From Myxococcota bacterium (lineage in GTDB: Bacteria > Myxococcota_A > Bradymonadia > UBA7976 > UBA1532), in NCBI GenBank assembly GCA_023150895.1, contig JAKLJY010000004.1:43605-107604 (forward strand): a DNA stretch of 64,000 nucleotides, in the 5' to 3' direction. Numbering within the stretch: the stretch's first letter is position 1; every line of letters begins with the position of its first letter. Of the stretch, positions 10,701 to 18,745 are shown one piece after another. The position numbers and the translations under genes are program-made. The notes beneath the pieces are model-generated. The model was given only the letters and a program-made list of their open reading frames with translations, searched no databases and had not been told where the DNA came from.

Positions 10701-13306
10701 AGGAGCGCATCGATCGGCGCCGGCTCCGTCGGGCGAAGCCTTGCAAGCCGGCGCAGCGCCACTTCCTCCAGATCGGATGCCGCCGGCGGCTCCGACGCGA
10801 CCGCCAGGAGCTCTTCGGCCCGCCGCGCTGCGTCCGGGTGCCCGTCGTCGACGTCTGCGAGTTCCTGCGCCAGGAGCGCCCGCTCGCCGGCGCGGTCGCC
10901 CGCGGTCCGGTACATACGCCGCAGCGCGTCCCGGGCATCGGGGTTGCGCGTCGCCGACCAGAGGCGATGCACGTAGGCCGCGGCCCCCACCACGTCGCCG
11001 AGTCGAGCCTCGGTCAGGGCGGCGAGGTCGACCCAGAGCTCGTGGAGGCGGTCGGTCTCGACTTCCCGCTCGCAGGCGGCGGCCGCGGCGTCGAGGACTG
11101 CCCTGAGCTCTCCCCATGCCTCGGCCCGCGTCAGCCGGTCCCGCATCCACGGCAGCGACACCGGATCGGCGGGTCGGTCGGCGAGCAGCGTCCGGTGGCA
11201 GTCCGCGGCCGATTCGACGTCGCCGAGGGCCCGCTCGTAAAGAAGCGCGAGTTCGCGCAGCGCCGCGTCGTGGTCGAGCTCCGGCAGGGGGGCCATCTGA
11301 CCCGCGGCAATCCGCGCGAGCACTTCGGCGAGCGGGAGCGGGTCGTGGGCAGCGCGGGCGGCGAGGACGAGCGCGCGGCAGACCTCCGCGTCCTGGGGGG
11401 CGAGGGCGGCCGCCGTGCGCAGGAGGTCGCGGGCACGGACGGGCCGCGCAAGAACGCCCGCTTCGAGGGCCGCGGCCCGTCGCAGCGCCGCGACTCGGAC
11501 CGGCGCAGAAAACGGACGGGTCGCCGCGCCGGCCAGCCACGCGGCCAAGTGTTCCGTCGCGCCGGGACCGGCTTCGGCTTCCAGCCGTTCGGTGACCCGG
11601 ACGAACAGCGCCTCGTCGTCCGGGGCGAGCTCGGACGCTTCCCGAAGAAGCGACAGACCCGCTTCCGTCTCGCCCCGAAGCTCCATGAGCAGCGCCGCGA
11701 GCTCCGTCAGCAGCCGCGCGGCCTCGGTCGCGCCTTCGCCCGCGGCGCGGGTTCGAAGACGGTCCGCGATCTCGGCGAAGCTGGTATCGTCACGAACGAG
11801 ATCCCTCAGGAGAGCCATCGCCGCGTCCGCCCCTCCCTCGGCGAGCGCGGCGCGCACGGACTCGTAGGCGCCGCAGGCATCACCGAGGTTGCGGTGTCGC
11901 ACTCGGCCCTGCTCGATCAGGAGCCGTCTCCGGATGGCGGCCTCGTCGGCGACCCGCACCTGCAGACCGAGGAGGCGGTCGACCATGGGCCAGTCTTCGC
12001 GGCGACGGTAGAGACGCTCGCCGGCCGCCATGTAGCGCATCTCGCGGGGCTGCAGCTTGAAAGCCTGCAGGAAGCGCTGCATCGCCCCCTCGAGGTCGTC
12101 GAGGTGCGTTTCGAGAATCTCCCCGGCGCGGAAGAGGTGCTCCGCACGGGGCGCGTCATCGACCGCCAGCGCGGCCTCGCCGTCGTGGACGTTGACGAGC
12201 GCCCGCCACAAGCCGAGGCGGCCGAAGTCGTCGATCATCGCCTCGGCGGCGCCCGCCACGCCCTCGGCGCCGACCCGGCGCATCCCCGCTGCGAACGCCG
12301 TCGGATCGCCCCCCTGCTCCTGCAGGCCGCGCCGGTAGAGTTCGAAGGCCCGCGCCGGATCCAGCAGTCGATACTCGGCCTGCTCCGCGAGGCGCAGCAG
12401 AAGCCCTGGTCGCTCACGCGCCGCGGCGACGTCGAGGCGAACGATCAAGACCTCGTGGACACGTTCGGGCTGACCGAGACGCTCGAAGATCTGCTCGAGC
12501 GTTGCGGACACGTCCGCGACGTGACCCCAGCGGGCGAGGGTCGCGTCGAGACGCGCCTCCACGGCGGCGGCGAGGCCCGGATCGAGGACGAGCGCCTCGT
12601 AGGCGTGCACCGCGGCTTCGAGCGGCATGCCTGCGCGGTCGCCGCAGAGCGTCGAGGCGTCGAGGAGGAGGCGGGCCTTCGCGCCGAGATCGCGCACGTG
12701 CGCCGCGCCCCGCGTCAACACGTGCACCGCCTCGAGCGGGCGGCCCGCCAGGACCTCCAGCCGGGCGGCCGCGGTGATCGCTTCGACGTCGTCGGGCGCG
12801 TGGGTCAGGTGCAGGTGCAGTTGCTCGAGGACCGCTTCGCACTGCGCCCGCTGCGCGTCGTGTGCCGCCGCGAGCAGGTAGGCGCGGGCGAGCTCGGGAT
12901 CGGCGAGGCGGGTTCGCGTGAGCTCGGCCGCCTCGAGAAAGAGGCCCGTCCGTTCACCGGGATCGGGCATGACCTCGGCCTGCTTCACCAGCACCGTGAC
13001 GACGTCGACCCAGCGCTCGGCCACGGACAGCGCCGCGACGAAGTGGGAGACGATGGTGGCGTCTCCATGTTCGCGCGCCAACGCCGCGAGGCGCGTGAGC
13101 GCCCCCTGGGAGGCCCCCGGTGCCTGACGCGCCGATTCGGCGTAGTGCCGCGACGCGGTCTGGGGATCACCGAGGTGATCCCGAAACACGTCGCCGATCT
13201 CGAGCAGCTTCGCGGCCTTCGCCGCCGGGTCACCGATACGGTCGACCTCGGCGAGCAGCACGCCTGCGACCTGCCGCCAACGCCCGCTCTCGCCGGTGGA
13301 AGCCAT
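4772..13306 (-). CDS. giant cytoplasmic TPR-like repeat protein (2844 aa), paralog of the AgmK/GltI-like gene at 34712..46423
   Basis: Single 8.5-kb ORF with strong GC3 bias on the minus strand. Quasi-periodic helical repeats (..AxxxYxxALxxDPxxxxALxxL..LYxxxxxWxxLxxV..). No signal peptide. Its C-terminal about 250 aa (..ANRTAFVLTGDLGRAVALLQ..YRYAFGTRFHALLGALR) aligns with the C-terminus of the 3903-aa protein. Monocistronic and divergent from 13392(+). Confidence 0.85.
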   Translation of the reverse strand: MASTGESGRWRQVAGVLLAEVDRIGDPAAKAAKLLEIGDVFRDHLGDPQTASRHYAESARQAPGASQGALTRLAALAREHGDATIVSHFVAALSVAERWVDVVTVLVKQAEVMPDPGERTGLFLEAAELTRTRLADPELARAYLLAAAHDAQRAQCEAVLEQLHLHLTHAPDDVEAITAAARLEVLAGRPLEAVHVLTRGAAHVRDLGAKARLLLDASTLCGDRAGMPLEAAVHAYEALVLDPGLAAAVEARLDATLARWGHVADVSATLEQIFERLGQPERVHEVLIVRLDVAAARERPGLLLRLAEQAEYRLLDPARAFELYRRGLQEQGGDPTAFAAGMRRVGAEGVAGAAEAMIDDFGRLGLWRALVNVHDGEAALAVDDAPRAEHLFRAGEILETHLDDLEGAMQRFLQAFKLQPREMRYMAAGERLYRRREDWPMVDRLLGLQVRVADEAAIRRRLLIEQGRVRHRNLGDACGAYESVRAALAEGGADAAMALLRDLVRDDTSFAEIADRLRTRAAGEGATEAARLLTELAALLMELRGETEAGLSLLREASELAPDDEALFVRVTERLEAEAGPGATEHLAAWLAGAATRPFSAPVRVAALRRAAALEAGVLARPVRARDLLRTAAALAPQDAEVCRALVLAARAAHDPLPLAEVLARIAAGQMAPLPELDHDAALRELALLYERALGDVESAADCHRTLLADRPADPVSLPWMRDRLTRAEAWGELRAVLDAAAAACEREVETDRLHELWVDLAALTEARLGDVVGAAAYVHRLWSATRNPDARDALRRMYRTAGDRAGERALLAQELADVDDGHPDAARRAEELLAVASEPPAASDLEEVALRRLARLRPTEPAPIDALLVLLRAQARSADLIEALGVRAARSGALEAVPFLRERALERTRAGADLDAAIADWDAVLERVPDDDEALRYLQGIYASRQEHEAQIAVIERRVAAATAPEVRVALLREAAVQIELRLGDTQRATTCWERIAEVLPDDPEVMDERLRLYETDERWTEFVPLAERRLPGMEAGEAFGLAQQVARLVDGGDAAIALEAWLRVQRFAPTDVEAATGAVRQAERLQDRMVAATQLGILASLARNPIEARSLRERQARAYEAAGELSAALDALRLVNQDFPNDRETLEEMRRLAGLRQDDWTLCRVLEAELQLVSPGPERIDLEKTLARRLDEGLGEQANAAVVWERVVAAAPADLDALMALRTLYADLDRPADLVRILRALLDRAEDDDERIERLVDAARLIETHRRDLAEAFECWWRAFKLTGDADPEMVREMGRLAEAAGLWDRYIRVLEVARQRATTREEQIEVLVQQSRVAEERLRSPEKARELLKAAFEIAPREGRVFDEYVRVCEAGGAWSEVLDACALLMRGVIDREVRAALLLRSAAILERHLADPERAFETYAAALKSGASEGAVLPELVRMAETHGYWDALTEQYRERWQKQTQLTARLATIHELARLLETRCGDWERAFEQYVIALQLDPEDETTRAEAWRLAEAHGAWALIIRVFELKVRDAEETWLKISLLHDVARIQERKLGQPEKAMETLRRAFSLETWNETTHAAMRRLAGELGRWQELAAAFEEEAGWSDDPHARLRLYREASTLLGENGDHAGAARILRHVVELEPNDELASTSLARLLRQTEDWEALAAHLELRAVRGLEDARIAVMHELAVVYRTPMAAPRKAEQVCARILTLRPSDATAHELLVELLEARDDVAGIIEALDARARVLPIEARGAVLRRKAELLRTRRDQPREAFRVLSRLALDVPPDEAIDIVREMAALADGNAEHEELLVAAERALGAAAGESELELLLLAGRVARDRFQNRKKARGWLARALELRPGDVAVAREVLELAAAEKRWTDVVALLVRHGPPIEAGPDMTDAAAASAWALRLSDVQAERQGDLAAAMETLRTAIESCPGDAAVLSRLESVAIRAQAPESLLAAIQAQVRSAATPMQVLGLLGKGARALETLNAPELAIGLWQQLLALDPHDDSAEAAVREYAARRRDWDLLASQLVQRIQATVSPVERGALLCELAVLHRDKRQDPQAAENRFAEALVADPKSLEATEGLAALALARGDASAIAALADRLQGRLDHRPPPIPGGGPDPVVARATPLLVQLQLFRARQSLEGGDETSALTLLRDAWRRLPDREDVGHLLAETLYREAELSEAATVYARLAGLPPVPDGVDPGLHKARESMRRARCFSAAGDVERAIRAFEAAAQEPSTRIDALEALANLQERAGHWEASIRLRERIAADADDPRIRAMAWLAAGIVAESRLGKPARAVGFYERALQEGLDDHALLTRLLPIFREQQRSEQALGIAQRLLVRETDPNARADLFCAVGDLKQRAGRADEAHLAFRSAVELSPLHALAVRGALATLAAAPPAPDEADTAAVVLRSLWQGITGVGGRERGPALEALGAALVSRGDTAGALEVFEELHAILPDHLGAQRQLAELYGRLATQAVADPDDSRHFERAIRHRTAYLRAVPAEPGSLRDLVALYRGAGRSHWAVTPLRLLNLIREATREEAELARSLGGPLDDRQGLVLDAVTRGELIAEPEWKNATAVFLRTLWAAVGEPLDALLSGQVEPVEPAQVQAPHVVELVVGLCDALEMPRCPLWVRAAPTQRVEAMQLFPLELVVDAGLLQGTNPRDLRFQFARALEGMRDHHLLLNGLGWEDARALFAAAMAVALGEDGPEYAIRTGAEAERIEFWADFLVENLDASVIEALSACAGPVSALGPRAFELWAQATRKLANRTAFVLTGDLGRAVALLQREDEAVRTLRVKGADGFVALMEANAEVADVYRYAFGTRFHALLGALR

Positions 13307-13391
13307 GGGGCGGTAATGTAAACGCGGTGCACGCCGGGGGCTGCAAGAAAATGGTGGAAACGCGGGGCCCGCCGGCTACCCTGCGACCCGC

Positions 13392-15839
13392 ATGGTCCGC
13401 CCGCCGCCGCTGCGCCTCGCCGCCCTCCGCCGGCCGCCCGCCCGCGGGTGTGCCGCCCTCGGCCTGTGGTTCTCGGTCGGCCTCGCGGGCTGCGGCGCGG
13501 GCCCGGCCCAATCGGGCGCCGCCGTGCACCCGGAGCCGGCCTCGAGCCCTGCTCGCTCGCGCAGCGTCGCGCACGCGTCCCACCTGGTCGACCTGACGGA
13601 GCGCCCCGGGGCGGCGATGGCGACCGTCCTGGTGGGCCTGCCCACGCGACCGGCGGACCGGGTCGAGGCCCGAGCGCGTCTTTCGGCCCTGCGGCCACGT
13701 CTCGCGAAGGCCCTGGCAGACGCGCGCCCCCGGGTCGAGACCGACAGCATCGGCGGGGTCCCCGTCCTGCGGCTCGAAGTTTCGATGCGGGCCTACGAGG
13801 CGGCCCTGGACGCGCTCGTGGCGACCTTCGACGACGCGACGCCCCCCTCGGCGGACGCGTCCCCGATGGCCACGCTCCCTGGAGACGCGCTCGATGCGCT
13901 GTCGTCCTCCGGCGGTTCGGCCGGCCGCCCGGCCATCGTCATCGTCCGCGGCCCGCTGCCCCCGGATCGGACCGCCCGCGAAGCAAAGGCGCTCGACGCG
14001 CTCGGAGCGCGGTTCGCCGGTGGCGAGCGCACCGCTGCGCCGTCGCCTTCGCCGCCACCCGGACCCGCCGTCCGGGTCCTTCGCCGCGGGGGTGGCGCGG
14101 CCCACCTCGCGCTCGCCGTCCGCCTGCCGGGTGGCGCCCGGACGCCCGACGCCGACCTGCTCGCCGCCCTGCTCTCCGGTGGACCCGAGTCGCGCCTCGA
14201 ACGCGCCGTCACCAGTGCCGGCCTCGAAGGCGCTTTCCCCGCCGCGGGCTTGCGGCCCGGACCCGGAGGGGCCGAACTCATCCTCGGTCTGACGCTGCGA
14301 CCCGACGACACGGAAACGGGCTGGCGCCTGCTGGCGGCCGTGCGGCGCGGACTCGGCGACAGCCCGCCGACGTCGGCGGAAGTCGCCCGAGCCCGCGCGC
14401 ACCTGGCCGACCGGGACGCGTTCGCCCGCGGAACGACGAGCGCGCTCGCGCACCATCGCGCCGCCCGCCTCTTCCGGACCGACGATGCCCTCCCGGACGA
14501 GGCCGAGTTCGCCGTGCAGCTCGATGCGGTCACGACCGGCGCACTCGGCCGCCTCGCCGCCGAAGTCGCCACGGCGGCCGTCCGCGGTGTCCTCGTGACC
14601 CCCGCGGTGGAGGCCTCCGTCGACGACGACCTCTGGGCCGAGTCGCTCGCCCTCGCCGCGCGGGCCGAAGCCCCCGCCGTGCTGTCCGCACCGGAGGTGC
14701 GACCGGGCGTCTTCCGGCTCTCCGAGGGTCTGTCGGCCGTCGTCCTCGTGCGCCCCGGCGACACCCTCGTCGCTTTTGCCGTGCGACTCGAAGGTGGCGC
14801 GAGCGTCGAGCCACCGGAGTTTCCCGGCGTCGGAGTGCTGTCGGCGGCGGTCGCCGGCCGTGCCGCCGAGCACGGCGCCTTCGAAATCGACGGTCGTTAC
14901 GAGCGCGACGCCGTCGTTCTGACGGTCACGGCGCCCGCCGAGCGCGTCTCCGAAGCCATCGAGCTGCTCGCCCGTCGCCTCTCCCGTTTTCCGCAGCGTG
15001 CGGATGTCCTGGAGTCTGCGCGCACCCGGCTCATCGCCAGGCGGGCCAACCGCCAGTCCGACCCCCTCGCGCTCGCCTTCGCACTCGCCGAACAGGGTTT
15101 CTCCGATCCACGGCTCGGCCGGGACCTGCTCGGCACGCCGGACGGACTCGCCGACCGGACCCCGATCGAGGTCCGCAGCTTCCTCGAGGCGCGGGTGGCC
15201 GGGCGACCGGCGACCGTGACCGTCGTCGGTCCCGTCGACCCGGCGCGCGTGCTGCCCATGATTCGCTCCGCGTTCAGCCCGCTCGCCGCCGAGGCGCCCG
15301 TGAGCGATGCCCCGTCCTCGGTCCCCGCACCGGCGCGGCTCGAGCGCCGTGTCGAGGCTGACCGGACCTGCGTCGCGGCGGCCTTCGCGCTCCCGCCGGC
15401 GACGGCCCGTGAAGAGGGTCCGGACGCCGCAGCCGAGGTGCTCGCGACCCTGCTCGCGCCCGCCCGACGCCTCTTCGGCCCCTCGGGCCCTGCCCTCGCC
15501 GTGGCCCGGTGTGCGGACGACGTTGCCGCCGCGCGGATTGCCCTGGCGACGGACGTCGGGCGCCTCGCGACGTCGGGTCCGACGCCGCCCGCCCTCGCCG
15601 CGGCACGCGAGACCGCCGCCGCGGAGTTCGCCCGGGTCGCAGACCCCCCCGCAGGCCTCGCGGTGCGCATTTCCGAGGCCGTTGCACGGGGACGCTCGGC
15701 GGCCGATCACGACCCCGTGGCACGGGCGGCCGATCGCCTCGAGGCCGTCACACCGACCGAAGTGCGTGCGCTCGCCAGCGCGCTGCCCCCCCTCGATGCG
15801 GCCGTCACGGGCGTCGCGGGACCAACCCCTTCGCCCTGA
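13392..15839 (+). CDS. lipoprotein with M16 (pitrilysin)-like two-domain architecture lacking the HxxEH motif (probable non-catalytic M16 homolog)
   Basis: Lipobox (LAGCGAG). Ala/Arg-rich two-lobed sequence resembling M16 inactive domains. No HxxEH zinc motif seen. Confidence 0.5.
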   Translation: MVRPPPLRLAALRRPPARGCAALGLWFSVGLAGCGAGPAQSGAAVHPEPASSPARSRSVAHASHLVDLTERPGAAMATVLVGLPTRPADRVEARARLSALRPRLAKALADARPRVETDSIGGVPVLRLEVSMRAYEAALDALVATFDDATPPSADASPMATLPGDALDALSSSGGSAGRPAIVIVRGPLPPDRTAREAKALDALGARFAGGERTAAPSPSPPPGPAVRVLRRGGGAAHLALAVRLPGGARTPDADLLAALLSGGPESRLERAVTSAGLEGAFPAAGLRPGPGGAELILGLTLRPDDTETGWRLLAAVRRGLGDSPPTSAEVARARAHLADRDAFARGTTSALAHHRAARLFRTDDALPDEAEFAVQLDAVTTGALGRLAAEVATAAVRGVLVTPAVEASVDDDLWAESLALAARAEAPAVLSAPEVRPGVFRLSEGLSAVVLVRPGDTLVAFAVRLEGGASVEPPEFPGVGVLSAAVAGRAAEHGAFEIDGRYERDAVVLTVTAPAERVSEAIELLARRLSRFPQRADVLESARTRLIARRANRQSDPLALAFALAEQGFSDPRLGRDLLGTPDGLADRTPIEVRSFLEARVAGRPATVTVVGPVDPARVLPMIRSAFSPLAAEAPVSDAPSSVPAPARLERRVEADRTCVAAAFALPPATAREEGPDAAAEVLATLLAPARRLFGPSGPALAVARCADDVAAARIALATDVGRLATSGPTPPALAAARETAAAEFARVADPPAGLAVRISEAVARGRSAADHDPVARAADRLEAVTPTEVRALASALPPLDAAVTGVAGPTPSP

Positions 15840-15898
15840 CGCCGAGCCTCCTCAAGACCGCCCGCGCCGCGGGCAATGACCCCCCGAAAAGAGATCCC

Positions 15899-16765
15899 AT
15901 GGTGTGGTGGCAAGTCCGGATTGATCTCCCCCAGGCCCTCGCTGAACCCGTGTCGTGGTTGATCGTCGAGGAGACGGGCGCCCCCGTCGAAGTGCAGGAC
16001 CACCAGACGATCACGCGCAGTGACGATCAGGCGAAGCTCCTGATCGGCCTGTCGGAGCCCCCGGCCGCGGACTTCCTGGGGACGATCGAGGACATCCTCT
16101 CCCGCTTCGATCTCCCCGCAGACGTCGTGACCGTGACCCGAAGCGAAGACGACTCGTGGCGCGAGAGCTGGAAACAGTTCCTCCGCGGCGGGCGCGTCTC
16201 CGACCGCGTCTGGGTCCGACCCCCGTGGGAGGCCCCCGATCCGGCCGCGTCCGTCACGGTGGTCATCGATCCCGGGATGGCGTTCGGAACTGGGCAACAT
16301 CAGACGACGCGGGGGTGCATCCGGATGCTGGACACCGTCCTCGCGGCGTCACCGGGCGCGCCGGTCCTGGACGTCGGGTGCGGGTCCGGCATTCTGTCCA
16401 TCGTCGCCGCATTGCTCGGGAGCGACGCCATCGGCGTCGAAATCGACCTGGAGTCCTTCGCAAACGCGCGCGAGAACGTCGCCGTCAACGCGGTCGAGCA
16501 CCGGGTCCGCCTGGTGGAAGGTTCCGCCGACGTCATCGAGGGGCGTTTTCCGGTGGTGGTGGCCAACATCCTGGCCGTGACCCTCATCGAGATTGCGGAT
16601 CAGATCCGCGCGCGTGCCGCCGGGGAGCTCGTGCTCGCGGGCCTGATGCTGCCGGACGTGGACCGCGTGGTGGCGGCCTATCCCGACTACACGCTCGTCG
16701 ATCGCCTCGACGACGGCGAGTGGGCCATTCTCCGGCTGCGCCGCCAGGCGAGCAGCACCCCGTGA
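15899..16765 (+). CDS. prmA: ribosomal protein L11 methyltransferase
   Basis: Class I SAM methyltransferase motifs (VLDVGCGSGILSIVAA, DIDL) and a PrmA-type N-terminal domain. ATG at 15899. Confidence 0.85.
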   Translation: MVWWQVRIDLPQALAEPVSWLIVEETGAPVEVQDHQTITRSDDQAKLLIGLSEPPAADFLGTIEDILSRFDLPADVVTVTRSEDDSWRESWKQFLRGGRVSDRVWVRPPWEAPDPAASVTVVIDPGMAFGTGQHQTTRGCIRMLDTVLAASPGAPVLDVGCGSGILSIVAALLGSDAIGVEIDLESFANARENVAVNAVEHRVRLVEGSADVIEGRFPVVVANILAVTLIEIADQIRARAAGELVLAGLMLPDVDRVVAAYPDYTLVDRLDDGEWAILRLRRQASSTP

Positions 16766-16806
16766 AGTCGCGGGGCGCGCCCTCCGGGGCAGGCGGACCG
16801 CCCGGA

Positions 16807-17541
16807 ATGCGGAGCGCACCGCTGCGCCTCCCCTGGCCCGGCCTGGACTGGACCGTTCCGCTCCACCCGCTCTCCGGGCCGGCCGCCCACTATCTGATCG
16901 CCGTGCGCCGGGTTTCGCCGGGCTCGACGATCATCGTCTTCGATGGTCAGGGTCGCGAGGGCCCGGCCACTCTGGAGTCGATGGCCGACGGCACGCCGGC
17001 CCTTCGAATCGCGGCCCCCCCGTCCCTCGGGCGCCGGGGCGCGGCGGCCCGGCTGGCGTACGGGCTGCCGAAGGGCGACAAGCTCGATGACGTTCTGCGG
17101 CAGGCGACCGAGCTGGGCATCGGCGGGCTCGTCCTCTTCGTGGGCGAGCGCAGCGTTTCCCGCCCGGACGATACGGACCGTGTCGGGCGCAAGCGAGAAC
17201 GCTGGCAACGCATCATCGAGGAGGCCGCCCGACAGTCCGGTCGGGCCGATCTGCCGAGCCTCGTGGGTCCGGTCTCGCTCGCCGAAGCGATCGCCGAGAC
17301 GACGATGGACGCCACGCGCGTGCTCTTGCATCCGGAAGCGACACGGCGCTTCGACGCGGTCGTCTTCGAGGCGCCGGCGACCGTTTTCGTGGGACCCGAG
17401 GGGGGCTTTTCGCCGGGCGAGGTGGCCGCGTGCACGGAGGCCGGGGTCGTCGCCGCCCGCCTGGAGACGCCCGTCCTGCGCACGGAGACGGCCGCGGTCG
17501 TCGGCGCCGCGCTCGCGCTCTTTCGGCTGGGCGCCGCATGA
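16807..17541 (+). CDS. rsmE: 16S rRNA (uracil1498-N3)-methyltransferase
   Basis: RsmE/SPOUT-like sequence (..LAYGLPKGDKLDDVLRQATELGI..RWQRIIEEAARQSGR..VFVGPEGGFSPGEV..). Alternative GTG start at 16762 immediately after the prmA stop. Confidence 0.8.
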   Translation: MRSAPLRLPWPGLDWTVPLHPLSGPAAHYLIAVRRVSPGSTIIVFDGQGREGPATLESMADGTPALRIAAPPSLGRRGAAARLAYGLPKGDKLDDVLRQATELGIGGLVLFVGERSVSRPDDTDRVGRKRERWQRIIEEAARQSGRADLPSLVGPVSLAEAIAETTMDATRVLLHPEATRRFDAVVFEAPATVFVGPEGGFSPGEVAACTEAGVVAARLETPVLRTETAAVVGAALALFRLGAA

Positions 17542-18068
17542 GGGGCGCCCCCCCGAGCCGGCGCTGGGCCATCGCCGCAGCGTCGTTCCGTCGACGATTG
17601 CTGGCCGATCTCCTCGACGGGCTGCTCTGGGTGAGCTTCGTCGTCGTGACCTGGCGTTCGGGCCTCGTCTCCGAGCCCATGCCGTCGACCCGGGGCGACC
17701 TTCTCGACCGGCTCGCAGATCTCGCCGCGACCGATCTGGTCGTTCTCACCCCGGCCGTGACCGCCGCCCTGACGGCCGCCCTTTGCTATGCGGTCGCGAC
17801 GCGGGCCTGGCTCGGGGGCACCTTCGGCGAGCGGGCCCTGGGGCTGCGCCTCATCGGACCCGACGGGGGGCCCTGCGGGCCGTTCCGGGCGCTCGTGCAC
17901 GCCCTGTGCGCGCTCCTCGGCTGCGCCGTGTTCGGCATCGGCTACACCTGGGCGCTCGTGGACCGGGAGCGACGCACGCTCGCCGAGCATCTCAGCGGCG
18001 CGCGGCTGATTCGCGGGCGTCCCCGACCGGCCGCGTCCCCGCGCGCCGCCGCCCCCGGCGCCCCATGA
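17538..18068 (+). CDS. RDD-family membrane protein
   Basis: ATG overlaps the rsmE stop (ATGA). Two or three TM helices with an RDD-like pattern (..RRLLADLLDGLL.. ..RAWLGGTFGERALGLRLI..). Confidence 0.5.
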   Translation: MRGAPPSRRWAIAAASFRRRLLADLLDGLLWVSFVVVTWRSGLVSEPMPSTRGDLLDRLADLAATDLVVLTPAVTAALTAALCYAVATRAWLGGTFGERALGLRLIGPDGGPCGPFRALVHALCALLGCAVFGIGYTWALVDRERRTLAEHLSGARLIRGRPRPAASPRAAAPGAP

Positions 18069-18082
18069 TCCCGGCCCACGGG

Positions 18083-18487
18083 TTACGCCGGTGGTCGCGG
18101 GATCTGGAAGAGCCCCCAGCCTGTGCCGGCCAGCGCCGCCACCAGCCCCAGCTGCGCGACGGCACCGAGCCACAAGGCGCCCCGGGGGATCGTCTCGCAG
18201 CGGCCGAGCGCCCGCGCGACGCGCCAGAACCCCACGAGGCTCAGGAGCGCGCACGGCACGGCGAGCCATCCGAAATAGGCCGGCGTACGCAGCAGCGCCG
18301 TGAAGAGCCAGTTCGACGACGCCTGCGCCACCAGCGCCGGCAGCATCTGCACGCCCACCCCGGCAACGGCGACCCACGCGAGGCGAACGTCTCGCGCCCG
18401 CAGACCGGCGGCGATTGCCCAGGTCGGGAACGCGAGGAGCAGCGCCAGCCCCGCCACGCCGACGACGACCCACGCCTGGAAACTCAT
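18083..18487 (-). CDS. small integral membrane protein (hypothetical)
   Basis: Start placed at MSFQAWVVVGVAGLALLLAF.. (4 predicted TM helices). The upstream part of the ORF is Arg/Pro-rich and unlikely to be coding. Confidence 0.4.
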   Translation of the reverse strand: MSFQAWVVVGVAGLALLLAFPTWAIAAGLRARDVRLAWVAVAGVGVQMLPALVAQASSNWLFTALLRTPAYFGWLAVPCALLSLVGFWRVARALGRCETIPRGALWLGAVAQLGLVAALAGTGWGLFQIPRPPA

Positions 18488-18745
18488 GTCCGCCCGGGCC
18501 TCTCCCCGGAGAGCGGGGTCCGCGTCTTCGTTCTGCGCATGAGGCGATCGTCGCATGTCCCCCGTCGGCGGTAAAGCCGCGGCGGCACGGAGCGGGGCGC
18601 CCTGTGCGACGAAGACTGCGGGGCGGGTTCCCGGCGGTGATGATCTTCCGGGGCTCCGCACGCGGTGTTAGATTCCCGAGGCTGGAGTCGGGGAGGTCCG
18701 GGGGGCCGCCCCTCCGGCGAACCCGCCCGCTCCGCCCGAGGGTCG

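Noticed and set aside
7127-13321. 2064-aa plus-strand ORF antisense to the 2844-aa TPR gene
   Set aside because: The translation is low-complexity Arg/Gly/Pro/Leu junk with no repeat periodicity. The GC3 bias and coherent TPR-like repeats are on the minus strand. Long antisense ORFs are expected at about 70% GC.
13307-13391. sigma54-like element (gTGCACgccggGGGCTGCAa) in the divergent spacer between the 2844-aa gene and the M16-like gene
   Set aside because: It lacks the GG of the -24 box and the spacing is non-canonical. This is too weak to call without experimental TSS data.
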